A stretch of DNA of 64,000 nt, taken from Eledone cirrhosa (taxonomy: Eukaryota). The notes below the pieces were generated by a model, which was given only the letters and a program-made list of their open reading frames with translations, was not told where the DNA came from and made no database searches. The translations under genes were made by a program, and so were the position numbers. Below are positions 24,301-39,300 of this stretch, piece after piece (within the stretch, counting starts at the first letter, position 1; every line of letters begins with the position of its first letter). The DNA lies in NCBI GenBank assembly GCA_964016885.1, contig OZ024741.1:315890001-315954000 (forward strand). The letters are read 5' to 3'.

Positions 24301-27300
24301 TCGTAGAGCACTAAATGTATAGTCTTATACAGTAAAGCTATCCTAGAGCACTAAATGTATAGTCTTATACTGTAGAGCTATCCTAGAGCACTAAATGTAT
24401 AGTCTTATACAGTAAAGCTATCCTAGAGCACTAAATATATAGTCTTATACAGTAAAGCTATCCTAGAGCACTAAATATAAAGGCTTATACGGTAAAGCTA
24501 TCCTAGAGCACTAAATGTATAGTCTTATACAGTAAAGCTATCGTAGAGCACTAAATGAATAGTCTTATACAGTAAAGCTATCCTAGAGCACTAAATGTAT
24601 AGTCTTATACATTAAAGCTATCCTAGAGCACTAAATAAATAGGCTTATACAGTAAAGCTATCCTGGAACACTAAATGTATAGTCTTATACAGTAAAGCTA
24701 TCGTAGAGCATTAAAAATATAGGCTTATACAGTAAAACTATCGTAGAGCACTAAGTGTATTGTCTTATACAGTAAAGCTATCCTAGAGCACTAAATATAT
24801 AGGCTTATACAGTAGAGCTATCCTAGAGCACTAAATGTATAGTCTTATACAGTAAAGCTATCCTAGAGCACTAAATGTATAGTCTTATACAGTAAAGCTA
24901 TCCTAGAACACTAAATGTATAGTCTTATACAGTAAAGCTATCCTAGAGCACTAAATATATAGGCTTATACAGTAAAGCTATCGTAGAGCACTAAATTTAC
25001 AGTCTTATACAGTAAAGCTATCCTAGAACACTAAATATATAGTCTTATACAGTAAAGCTATCCTGGAGCACAAAATATATAAGCTTATACAGTAAAGCTA
25101 TCCTAGAGCACTAAATGTATAGTCTTATACAGTAAAGCTATCCTAGAGCACTAAATATATAGGCTTATACAGTAAGGCTATCCTAGAGGACTAAATGTAT
25201 AGTCTTATACAGTAAAGCTATCCTAGAACACTAAATATATAGTCTTATACAGTAAAGCTATCCTGGAGCACAAAATATATAAGCTTATACAGTAAAGCTA
25301 TCCTAGAGCACTAAATGTATAGTCTTATAGAGTAAAGCTATCCTAGAGCACTAAATATATAGTCTTATACAATAAAGCTATCCTAGAGCACTAAATATAA
25401 AGGCTTATACAGTAAAGCTATCGTAGAGCACTAAATGTATAGTCTTATACAGTAAAGCTATCGTAGAACACTAAATGTATAGTCTTATACAGTAAAGCTA
25501 TCCTAGAGCACTAAATGTATAGTCTTATACATTAAAGCTATCCTAGAGCACTAAATATATAGGCTTATAGAGTAAAGCTATCCTAGAGCACTAAACGTAT
25601 AGTCTTATACAGTAAAGCTATCGTAGAGCATTAAAAATATAGGCTTATACAGTAAAGCTATCGTAGAGCACTAAATATATTGTCTTATACAGTAAAGCTA
25701 TCCTAGAGCACTAAATATATAGGCTTATACAGTAGAGCTATCCTAGAGCACTAAATGTATAGTCTTATACAGTAAAGCTATCCTAGAGCACTAAATATAT
25801 AGGCTTATACAGTAAAGCTATCGTAGAGCACTAAATGTACAGTCTTATACTGTAAAGCTATCCTAGAGCACTAAATATATAGGCTTATACAGTAAAGCTA
25901 TCGTAGAGCACTAAATGTATAGTCTTATACAGTAAAGCTATCCTAGAGCACTAAATATACAGGCTTATACAGTAAAGCTATCCTAGAGCACTAAATGTAT
26001 AGTCTTATACAGTAAAGCTATCGTAGAGCACTAAATGTATAGTCTTATACAGTAAAGCTATCCTAGAGCACTAAATGTATAGTCTTATACAGTAGAGCTA
26101 TCCTAGAGCACTAAATGTATAGTCTTATACAGTAAAGCTATCCTAGAGCACTAAATATAAAGGCTTATACAGTAAAGCTATCCTAGAGCACTAAATGTAT
26201 AGTCTTATACATTAAAGCTATCCTAGAGCACTAAATAAATAGGCTTATACAGTAAAGCTATCCTAGAGCACTAAATGTATAGTCTTATACAGTAAAGCTA
26301 TCGTAGAGCAATAAAAATATAGGCTTATACAGTAAAACTATCGTAGAGCACTAAGTGTATTGTCTTATACAGTAAAGCTATCCTAGAGCACTAAATATAT
26401 AGGCTTATACAGTAGAGCTATCCTAGAGCACTAAATGTATAGTCTTATACAGTAAAGCTATCCTAGAGCACTAAATGTATAGTCTTATACAGTAAAGCTA
26501 TCCTAGAGCACTAAATGTATAGTCTTATACAGTAAAGCTATCCTAGAGCACTAAATATATAGGCTTATACAGTAAAGCTATCGTAGAGCACTAAATTTAC
26601 AGTCTTATACAGTAAAGCTATCCTAGAACACTAAATATATAGTCTTATACAGTAAAGCTATCGTAGAGCACTAAATGTATAGTCTTATTCAGTAAAGCTA
26701 TCCTAGAGTACTAAATGTATAGTCTTATACAGTAAGGCTATCCTAGAGGACTAAATGTATAGTCTTATACAGTAAAGCTATCCTAGAGCACTAAATATAA
26801 ATGCTTATACAGTAAAGCTATCCTAGAGCCATAAATGTATAGTCTTATACAGTAAAGCTATCGTAGAACACTAAATGTATAGTCTTATACAGTAGAGCTA
26901 TCCTAGAGCACTAAATGTATAGTCTTATACATTAAAGCTATCCTAGACCACTAAATATATAGGCTTATACAGTAAAGCTATCCTAGAGCGCTAAATGTAT
27001 AGTCTTATACAGTAAAGCTATCGTAGAGCATTAAAAATATAGGTTTATACAGTAAAGCTATCGTAGAACACTAAATGTATTGTCTTATACAGTAAAGCTA
27101 TCCTAGAGCACTAAATATATAGGCTTATACAGTAGAGCTATCCTAGAGCACTAAATGTATACTCTTATACAGTAAAGCTATCCTAGAGCACTAAATCTAT
27201 AGTCTTATACAGTAAAGCTATCCTAGAGCACTAAATATATAGGCTTATACAGTAAAGCTGTCGTAGAGCACTAATTGTATAGTCTTATACAGTAAAGCTA

Positions 27301-30300
27301 TCCTAGAGCACTAAATATATAAGCTTATACAGTAAAGCTATCGTAGAGCACTAAATGTATAGTCTTATACAGTAAAGCTATCCTAGAGCACTAAATGTAT
27401 AGTCTTATACAGTAAAGCTATCCTAGAGAACTAAATGTATAGTCTTATACATTAAAGTTATCCCAGAGCACTAAATATACAGGCTTATACAGTAAAGCTA
27501 TCGTAGAGCACTAAATGAATAATCTTATACAGTAAAGCTATCGTAGAGCACTAAATATATAGTCTTATACAGTAAAGCTATCCTAGAGCACTAAATATAA
27601 AGGCTTATACAGTAAAGCTATCCTAGAGCACTAAATGTATAGTCTTATACAGTAAAGCTATCGTAGAGCACTAAATGTATAGTCTTATACAGTAAAGCTA
27701 TCCTAGAGCACTAAATGTATAGTCTTATACAGTAAAGCTATCCTAGAGCACTAAATGTATAGTCTTATACAGTAGAGCTATCCTAGAGCAGTAAATGTAT
27801 AGTCTTATACAGTAAAGCTATCCTAGAGCACTAAATATATAGTCTTATACAGTAAAGCTATCCTAGAGCACTAAATATAAAGGCTTATACAGTAAAGCTA
27901 TCTTAGAGCACTAAATGTATAGTGTTATACAGTAAATCTATCGTAGAGCACTAAATGTATAGTCTTATACAGTAAAGCTATCCTAGAGCACTAAATGTAT
28001 AGTCTTATACATTAAAGCTATCCTAGAGCACTAAATAAATAGGCTTATACAGTAAAGCTATCCTAGAGCACTAAATGTATAGTCTTATACAGTAAAGCCA
28101 TCGTAGAGCAATAAAAATATAGGCTTATACAGTAAAACTATCGTAGAGCACTAAGTGTATTGTCTTATACAGTAAAGCTATCCTAGAGCACTAAATATAT
28201 AGGCTTATACAGTAGAGCTATCCTAGAGCACTAAATGTATAGTCTTATACAGTAAAGCTATCCTAGAGCACTAAATGTATAGTCTTATACAGTAAAGCCA
28301 TCCTAGAGCACTAAATGTATAGTCTTATACAGTAAAGCTATCCTAGAGCACTAAATATATAGGCTTATACAGTAAAGCTATCGTAGAGCACTAAATTTAC
28401 AGTCTTATACAGTAAAGCTATCCTAGAACACTAAATATATAGTCTTATACAGTAAAGCTATCGTAGAGCACTAAATGTATAGTCTTATTCAGTAAAGCTA
28501 TCCTAGAGTACTAAATGTATAGTCTTATACAGTAAGGCTATCCTAGAGGACTAAATTTACAGTCTTATACAGTAAAGCTATCCTAGAGCACTAAATATAT
28601 AGGCTTATACAGTAAAGCTATCCTAGAGCACTAAATATAAAGGCTTATACAGTAAAGCTATCCTAGAGCACTAAATGTATAGTCTTATACAGTAAAGCTA
28701 TCGTAGAACACTAAATGTATAGTCTTATACAGTAAAGCTATCCTAGAGCACTAAATGTATAGTCTTATACATTAAAGCTATCCTAGAGCACTAAATATAT
28801 ATAGGCTTATACAGTAAAGCTATCCTAGAGCGCTAAATGTATAGTCTTATACAGTAAAGCTATCGTAGAGCATTAAAAATATAGGTTTATACAGTAAAGC
28901 TATCGTAGAGCACTAAATGTATTGTCTTATACAGTAAAGCTATCCTAGAGATCTAAATATATAGGCTTATACAGTAGAGCTATCCTAGAGCACTAAATGT
29001 ATAGTCTTATACAGTAAAGCTATCGTAGAGCACTAAATGTATAGTCTTATACAGTAAAGCTATCCTAGAGCACTAAATGTATAGTCTTATACAGTAAAGC
29101 TATCCTAGAGCACTAAATATATAGGCTTATAGAGTAAAGCTGTCGTAGAGCACTAATTGTATAGTCTTATACAGTAAAGCTATCCTAGAGCACTAAATAT
29201 ATAAGCTTATACAGTAAAGCTATCGTAGAGCACTAAATGTATAGTCTTATACAGTAAAGCTATCCTAGAGCACTAAATGTATAGTCTTATACAGTAAAGC
29301 TATCCTAGAGAACTAAATGTATAGTCTTATACAGTAAAGCTATCCTAGAGCACTAAATATACAGGCTTATACAGTAAAGCTATCGTAGAGCACTAAATGA
29401 ATAGTCTTATACAGTAAAGCTATCGTAGAGCACTAAATATATAGTCTTATACAGTAAAGCTATCCTAGAGCACTAAATGTATAGTCTTATACAGTAAAGC
29501 TATCCTAGAGCACTGAATGTATAGTCTTATACAGTAAAGCTATCGTAGAGCACTAAATATATAGTCTTATACAGTAAAGCTATCGTAGAGCACTAAATAT
29601 ATAGTCTTATACAGTAAAGCTATCCTAGAGCACTAAATGTATAGTCTTATACAGTAAAGCTATCCTAGAGCACTAAATGTATAGTCTTATACAGTAAAGC
29701 TATCCTAGAGCACTAAATGTATAGTCTTATACAGTAAAGCTATCCTAGAGCACTAAATGTATAGTCTTATACATTAAAGCTATCCTAGAGCACTAAATAT
29801 ATAGGCTTATACAGTAAAGCTATCCTAGAGCACTAAATGTATAGTCTTATACAGTAAAGCTATCGTAGAGCACTAAAAATATAGGCTTATACAGTAAAGC
29901 TATCGTAGAGCACTAAATGTATTGTCCTATACAGTAAAGTTATCCTAGAGCACTAAATATATAGGCTTATACAGTAGGCTATCCTAGAGCACTAAATGTA
30001 TAGTCTTATACAGTAAAGCTATCCTAGAGCACTAAATATATAGTCTTATACAGTAAAGCTATCCTAGAGCACTAAATGTATAGTCTTATACAGTAAACCT
30101 ATCCTAGAGCACTAAATATAAAGGCTTATACAGTAAAGCTATCCTAGAGCACTAAATGTATAGTCTTATACAGTAAAGCTATCGTAGAGCACTAAATGTA
30201 TAGTCTTATACAGTAAAGCTATCCTAGAGCACTAAATGTATGGTCTTATACGGTAAAGCTATCCTAGAGCACTAAATATATAGGCTTATACAGTAAAGCT

Positions 30301-33300
30301 ATCGTAGAGAACTAAATTTACAGTCTTATACAGTAAAGCTATCCTAGAACACTAAATATATAGTCTTATACAGTAAAGCTATCGTAGAGCACTAAATGTA
30401 TAGTCTTATTCAGTAAAGCTATCCTAGAGTACTAAATGTATAGTCTTATACAGTAAGGCTATCCTAGAGGACTAAATATATAGGCTTATACAGTAAAGCT
30501 ATCCTAGAGCGCTAAATGTATAGTCTTATACAGTAAAGCTATCGTAGAGCATTAAAAATATAGGTTTATACAGTAAAGCTATCGTAGAACACTAAATGTA
30601 TTGTCTTATACAGTAAAGCTATCCTAGAGCACTAAATATATAGGCTTATACAGTAGAGCTATCCTAGAGCACTAAATGTATAGTCTTATACAGTAAAGCT
30701 ATCCTAGAGCACTAAATGTATAGTCTTATACAGTAAAGCTATCCTAGAGCACTAAATATATAGGCTTATACAGTAAAGCTATCCTAGAGCACTAAATGTA
30801 TAGTCTTATACAGTAAAGCTATCGTAGAGCACTAAATATATAGTCTTATACAGTAAAGCTATCCTAGAGCACTAAATGTATAGTCTTATACAGTAAAGCT
30901 ATCCTAGAGCACTGAATGTATAGTCTTATACAGTAAAGCTATCGTAGAGCACTAAATATATAGCCTTATACAGTAAAGCTATCGTAGAGCACTAAATATA
31001 TAGTCTTATACAGTAAAGCTATCCTAGAGCACTAAATGTATATTCTTATACAGTAAAGCTATCCTAGAGCACTAAATATATAGGCTTATACAGTAAAGCT
31101 ATCGTAGAGCACTAAATATATTGTCTTATACAGTAAAGCTATCCTAGAGCACTAAATATTTAGGCTTATACAGTAGAGCTATCCTAGAGCACTAAATGTA
31201 TAGTCTTATACAGTAAAGCTATCCTAGAGCACTAAATATATAGGCTTATACAGTAAACCTATCCTAGAGCACTAAATATATAGTCTTATACAGTAAGGCT
31301 ATCCTAGAGGACTAAACGTATAGTCTTATACAGTAAAGCTATCCTAGAGCACTAAATGTATAGTCTTATACAGTAAAGCTATCCTAGAGCACGAAATATA
31401 TAGGCTTATACAGTAAAGCTATCGTAGAGCACTAAATATATAGGCTTATACAGTAAAGCTATCCTAGAGCACTAAATGTATAGTCTTATACAGTAAAGCT
31501 ATCGTAGAGCACTAAATATATAGTCTTATACAGTAAAGCTATCCTAGAGCACTAAATATATAGGCTTATACAGTAAAGCTATCCTAGAGCACTAAATATA
31601 TAGTCTTATACAGTAAAGCTATCCTAGAGCACTAAATATATAGTCTTATACAGTAAAGCTATCGTAGAGCACTAAATGTATAGTCTTATACAGTAAGGCT
31701 ATCCTAGAGCACTAAATATATAGTCTTATACAGTAAGGCTATCCTAAAGGACTAAATGTATAGTCTTATACAGTAAAGCTATCGTAGAGCACTAAATATA
31801 TAGTCTTATACAGTAAAGCTATCCTAGAGCACTAAATGTATAGTCTTATACAGTAAAGCTATCCTAGAGCACTGAATGTATAGTCTTATACAGTAAAGCT
31901 ATCGTAGAGCACTAAATATATAGTCTTATACAGTAAAGCTATCGTAGAGCACTAAATATATAGTCTTATACAGTAAAGCTATCCTAGAGCACTAAATGTA
32001 TAGTCTTATACAGTAAAGCTATCCTAGAGCACTAAATATATAGGCTTATACAGTAAAGCTATCCTAGAGCACTAAATGTATAGTCTTATACAGTAAAGCT
32101 ATCCTAGAGCACGAAATATATAGGCTTATACAGTAAAGCTATCGTAGAGCACTAAATATATAGGCTTATACAGTAAAGCTATCCTAGAGCACTAAATGTA
32201 TAGTCTTATACAGTAAAGCTATCGTAGAGCACTAAATATATAGTCTTATACAGTAAAGCTATCCTAGAGCACTAAATATATAGGCTTATACAGTAAAGCT
32301 ATCCTAGAGCACTAAATATATAGTCTTATACAGTAAAGCTATCCTAGAGCACTAAATATATAGTCTTATACAGTAAAGCTATCGTACAGCACTAAATGTA
32401 TAGTCTTATACAGTAAGGCTATCCTAGAGCACTAAATATATAGTCTTATACAGTAAGGCTATCCTAAAGGACTAAATGTATAGTCTTATACAGTAAGGCT
32501 ATCCTAGAGCACTAAATATATAGTCTTATACAGTAAAGCTATCCTAGAGCACTAAATGTATAGTCTTATACAGTAAAGCTATCGTAGAGCACTAAATATA
32601 TAGTCTTATACAGTAAAGCTATCCTAGAGCACTAAATGTATAGTCTTATACAGTAAAGCTATCCTAGAGCACTGAATGTATAGTCTTATACAGTAAAGCT
32701 ATCGTAGAGCACTAAATATATAGTCTTATACAGTAAAGCTATCGTAGAGCACTAAATATATAGTCTTATACAGTAAAGCTATCCTAGAGCACTAAATGTA
32801 TAGTCTTATACAGTAAAGCTATCCTAGAGCACTAAATGTATAGTCTTATACAGTAAAGCTATCCTAGAGCACTAAATGTATAGTCTTATACAGTAAAGCT
32901 ATCCTAGAGCACTAAATGTATAGTCTTATACATTAAAGCTATCCTAGAGCACTAAATATATAGGCTTATACAGTAAAGCTATCCTAGAGCACTAAATGTA
33001 TAGTCTTATACAGTAAAGCTATCGTAGAGCACTAAATGTATTGTCCTATACAGTAAAGTTATCCTAGAGCACTAAATATATAGGCTTATACAGTAGGCTA
33101 TCCTAGAGCACTAAATGTATAGTCTTATACAGTAAAGCTATCCTAGAGCACTAAATATATAGTCTTATACAGTAAAGCTATCCTAGAGCACTAAATGTAT
33201 AGTCTTATACAGTAAACCTATCCTAGAGCACTAAATATAAAGGCTTATACAGTAAAGCTATCCTAGAGCACTAAATGTATAGTCTTATACAGTAAAGCTA

Positions 33301-36300
33301 TCGTAGAGCACTAAATGTATAGTCTTATACAGTAAAGCTATCCTAGAGCACTAAATGTATGGTCTTATACAGTAAAGCTATCCTAGAGCACTAAATGTAT
33401 AGTGTTATATAGTAAAGCTATTGTAGAGCACTAAATGAATAGTCTTATACACTAAATCTATCCTAGAGCACTAAATATATAGTCTTATACAGTAAAGCTA
33501 TCCTAGAGTACTAAATATAAAGGCTTATACAGTAAAGCTATCCTAGAGCACTAAATGTATAGTCTTATACAGTAAAGCTATCGTAGAGCACTAAATGTAT
33601 AGTCTTATACAATAAAGCTATCCTAGAGCACTAAATGTATAGTCTTAAACATTAAAGCTATCCTAGAGCACTAAATATATAGGCTTATACAGTAAAGCTA
33701 TCCTAGAGCACTAAATGTATAGTCTTATACAGTAAAGCTATCGTAGAGCATTAAAAATATAGGCTTATACAGTAAAGCTATCGTAGAGCACTAAATATAT
33801 TGTCTTATACAGTAAAGCTATCGTAGAGCACTAAATATATAGGCTTATACAGTAGAGCTATCCTAGAGCACTAAATGTATAGTCTTATACAGTAAAGCTA
33901 TCCTAGAGCACTAAATATATAGGCTTATACAGTAAAGCTATCGTAGAGCACTAAATGTACAGTCTTATACAGTAAAGCTATCCTAGAGCACTAAATATAT
34001 AGGCTTATACAGTAAAGCTATCGTAGAGCACTAAATGTATAGTCTTATACAGTAAAGCTATCCTAGAGCACTAAATGTATAGTCTTATACTGTAGAGCTA
34101 TCCTAGAGCACTAAATGTATAGTCTTATACAGTAAAGCTATCCTAGAGCACTAAATATATAGTCTTATACAGTAAAGCTATCCTAGAGCACTAAATATAA
34201 AGGCTTATACGGTAAAGCTATCCTAGAGCACTAAATGTATAGTCTTATACAGTAAAGCTATCGTAGAGCACTAAATGTATAGTCTTATACAGTAAAGCTA
34301 TCCTAGAGCACTAAATGTATAGTCTTATACATTAAAGCTATCCTAGAGCACTAAATAAATAGGCTTATACAGTAAAGCTATCCTGGAACACTAAATGTAT
34401 AGTCTTATACAGTAAAGCTATCGTAGAGCATTAAAAATATAGGCTTATACAGTAAAACTATCGTAGAGCACTAAGTGTATTGTCTTATACAGTAAAGCTA
34501 TCCTAGAGCACTAAATATATAGGCTTATACAGTAGAGCTATCCTAGAGCACTAAATGTATAGTCTTATACAGTAAAGCTATCCTAGAGCACTAAATGTAT
34601 AGTCTTATACAGTAAAGCTATCCTAGAACACTAAATGTATAGTCTTATACAGTAAAGCTATCCTAGAGCACTAAATATATAGGCTTATACAGTAAAGCTA
34701 TCGTAGAGCACTAAATTTACAGTCTTATACAGTAAAGCTATCCTAGAACACTAAATATATAGTCTTATACAGTAAAGCTATCCTGGAGCACAAAATATAT
34801 AAGCTTATACAGTAAAGCTATCCTAGAGCACTAAATGTATAGTCTTATACAGTAAAGCTATCCTAGAGCACTAAATATATAGGCTTATACAGTAAGGCTA
34901 TCCTAGAGGACTAAATGTATAGTCTTATACAGTAAAGCTATCCTAGAACACTAAATATATAGTCTTATACAGTAAAGCTATCCTGGAGCACAAAATATAT
35001 AAGCTTATACAGTAAAGCTATCCTAGAGCACTAAATGTATAGTCTTATAGAGTAAAGCTATCCTAGAGCACTAAATATATAGTCTTATACAGTAAAGCTA
35101 TCCTAGAGCACTAAATATAAAGGCTTATACAGTAAAGCTATCGTAGAGCACTAAATGTATAGTCTTATACAGTAAAGCTATCGTAGAACACTAAATGTAT
35201 AGTCTTATACAGTAAAGCTATCCTAGAGCACTAAATGTATAGTCTTATACATTAAAGCTATCCTAGAGCACTAAATATATAGGCTTATAGAGTAAAGCTA
35301 TCCTAGAGCACTAAACGTATAGTCTTATACAGTAAAGCTATCGTAGAGCATTAAAAATATAGGCTTATACAGTAAAGCTATCGTAGAGCACTAAATATAT
35401 TGTCTTATACAGTAAAGCTATCCTAGAGCACTAAATATATAGGCTTATACAGTAGAGCTATCCTAGAGCACTAAATGTATAGTCTTATACAGTAAAGCTA
35501 TCCTAGAGCACTAAATATATAGGCTTATACAGTAAAGCTATCGTAGAGCACTAAATGTACAGTCTTATACTGTAAAGCTATCCTAGAGCACTAAATATAT
35601 AGGCTTATACAGTAAAGCTATCGTAGAGCACTAAATGTATAGTCTTATACAGTAAAGCTATCCTAGAGCACTAAATATACAGGCTTATACAGTAAAGCTA
35701 TCCTAGAGCACTAAATGTATAGTCTTATACAGTAAAGCTATCGTAGAGCACTAAATGTATAGTCTTATACAGTAAAGCTATCCTAGAGCACTAAATGTAT
35801 AGTCTTATACAGTAGAGCTATCCTAGAGCACTAAATGTATAGTCTTATACAGTAAAGCTATCCTAGAGCACTAAATATAAAGGCTTATACAGTAAAGCTA
35901 TCCTAGAGCACTAAATGTATAGTCTTATACATTAAAGCTATCCTAGAGCACTAAATAAATAGGCTTATACAGTAAAGCTATCCTAGAGCACTAAATGTAT
36001 AGTCTTATACAGTAAAGCTATCGTAGAGCAATAAAAATATAGGCTTATACAGTAAAACTATCGTAGAGCACTAAGTGTATTGTCTTATACAGTAAAGCTA
36101 TCCTAGAGCACTAAATATATAGGCTTATACAGTAGAGCTATCCTAGAGCACTAAATGTATAGTCTTATACAGTAAAGCTATCCTAGAGCACTAAATGTAT
36201 AGTCTTATACAGTAAAGCTATCCTAGAGCACTAAATGTATAGTCTTATACAGTAAAGCTATCCTAGAGCACTAAATATATAGGCTTATACAGTAAAGCTA

Positions 36301-39300
36301 TCGTAGAGCACTAAATTTACAGTCTTATACAGTAAAGCTATCCTAGAACACTAAATATATAGTCTTATACAGTAAAGCTATCGTAGAGCACTAAATGTAT
36401 AGTCTTATTCAGTAAAGCTATCCTAGAGTACTAAATGTATAGTCTTATACAGTAAGGCTATCCTAGAGGACTAAATGTATAGTCTTATACAGTAAAGCTA
36501 TCCTAGAGCACTAAATATAAAGGCTTATACAGTAAAGCTATCCTAGAGCCATAAATGTATAGTCTTATACAGTAAAGCTATCGTAGAACACTAAATGTAT
36601 AGTCTTATACAGTAGAGCTATCCTAGAGCACTAAATGTATAGTCTTATACATTAAAGCTATCCTAGAGCACTAAATATATAGGCTTATACAGTAAAGCTA
36701 TCCTAGAGCGCTAAATGTATAGTCTTATACAGTAAAGCTATCGTAGAGCATTAAAAATATAGGTTTATACAGTAAAGCTATCGTAGAACACTAAATGTAT
36801 TGTCTTATACAGTAAAGCTATCCTAGAGCACTAAATATATAGGCTTATACAGTAGAGCTATCCTAGAGCACTAAATGTATACTCTTATACAGTAAAGCTA
36901 TCCTAGAGCACTAAATCTATAGTCTTATACAGTAAAGCTATCCTAGAGCACTAAATATATAGGCTTATACAGTAAAGCTGTCGTAGAGCACTAATTGTAT
37001 AGTCTTATACAGTAAAGCTATCCTAGAGCACTAAATATATAAGCTTATACAGTAAAGCTATCGTAGAGCACTAAATGTATAGTCTTATACAGTAAAGCTA
37101 TCCTAGAGCACTAAATGTATAGTCTTATACAGTAAAGCTATCCTAGAGAACTAAATGTATAGTCTTATACATTAAAGTTATCCCAGAGCACTAAATATAC
37201 AGGCTTATACAGTAAAGCTATCGTAGAGCACTAAATGAATAATCTTATACAGTAAAGCTATCGTAGAGCACTAAATATATAGTCTTATACAGTAAAGCTA
37301 TCCTAGAGCACTAAATATAAAGGCTTATACAGTAAAGCTATCCTAGAGCACTAAATGTATAGTCTTATACAGTAAAGCTATCGTAGAGCACTAAATGTAT
37401 AGTCTTATACAGTAAAGCTATCCTAGAGCACTAAATGTATAGTCTTATACAGTAAAGCTATCCTAGAGCACTAAATGTATAGTCTTATACAGTAGAGCTA
37501 TCCTAGAGCAGTAAATGTATAGTCTTATACAGTAAAGCTATCCTAGAGCACTAAATATATAGTCTTATACAGTAAAGCTATCCTAGAGCACTAAATATAA
37601 AGGCTTATACAGTAAAGCTATCTTAGAGCACTAAATGTATAGTGTTATACAGTAAATCTATCGTAGAGCACTAAATGTATAGTCTTATACAGTAAAGCTA
37701 TCCTAGAGCACTAAATGTATAGTCTTATACATTAAAGCTATCCTAGAGCACTAAATAAATAGGCTTATACAGTAAAGCTATCCTAGAGCACTAAATGTAT
37801 AGTCTTATACAGTAAAGCCATCGTAGAGCAATAAAAATATAGGCTTATACAGTAAAACTATCGTAGAGCACTAAGTGTATTGTCTTATACAGTAAAGCTA
37901 TCCTAGAGCACTAAATATATAGGCTTATACAGTAGAGCTATCCTAGAGCACTAAATGTATAGTCTTATACAGTAAAGCTATCCTAGAGCACTAAATGTAT
38001 AGTCTTATACAGTAAAGCCATCCTAGAGCACTAAATGTATAGTCTTATACAGTAAAGCTATCCTAGAGCACTAAATATATAGGCTTATACAGTAAAGCTA
38101 TCGTAGAGCACTAAATTTACAGTCTTATACAGTAAAGCTATCCTAGAACACTAAATATATAGTCTTATACAGTAAAGCTATCGTAGAGCACTAAATGTAT
38201 AGTCTTATTCAGTAAAGCTATCCTAGAGTACTAAATGTATAGTCTTATACAGTAAGGCTATCCTAGAGGACTAAATTTACAGTCTTATACAGTAAAGCTA
38301 TCCTAGAGCACTAAATATATAGGCTTATACAGTAAAGCTATCCTAGAGCACTAAATATAAAGGCTTATACAGTAAAGCTATCCTAGAGCACTAAATGTAT
38401 AGTCTTATACAGTAAAGCTATCGTAGAACACTAAATGTATAGTCTTATACAGTAAAGCTATCCTAGAGCACTAAATGTATAGTCTTATACATTAAAGCTA
38501 TCCTAGAGCACTAAATATATATAGGCTTATACAGTAAAGCTATCCTAGAGCGCTAAATGTATAGTCTTATACAGTAAAGCTATCGTAGAGCATTAAAAAT
38601 ATAGGTTTATACAGTAAAGCTATCGTAGAGCACTAAATGTATTGTCTTATACAGTAAAGCTATCCTAGAGATCTAAATATATAGGCTTATACAGTAGAGC
38701 TATCCTAGAGCACTAAATGTATAGTCTTATACAGTAAAGCTATCGTAGAGCACTAAATGTATAGTCTTATACAGTAAAGCTATCCTAGAGCACTAAATGT
38801 ATAGTCTTATACAGTAAAGCTATCCTAGAGCACTAAATATATAGGCTTATAGAGTAAAGCTGTCGTAGAGCACTAATTGTATAGTCTTATACAGTAAAGC
38901 TATCCTAGAGCACTAAATATATAAGCTTATACAGTAAAGCTATCGTAGAGCACTAAATGTATAGTCTTATACAGTAAAGCTATCCTAGAGCACTAAATGT
39001 ATAGTCTTATACAGTAAAGCTATCCTAGAGAACTAAATGTATAGTCTTATACAGTAAAGCTATCCTAGAGCACTAAATATACAGGCTTATACAGTAAAGC
39101 TATCGTTGAGCACTAAATGAATAGTCTTATACAGTAAAGCTATCGTAGAGCACTAAATATATAGTCTTATACAGTAAAGCTATCCTAGAGCACTAAATAT
39201 AAAGGCTTATACAGTAAAGCTATCCTAGAGCACTAAATGTATAGTCTTATACAGTAAAGCTATCGTAGAGCACTAAATGTATAGTCTTATACAGTAAAGC

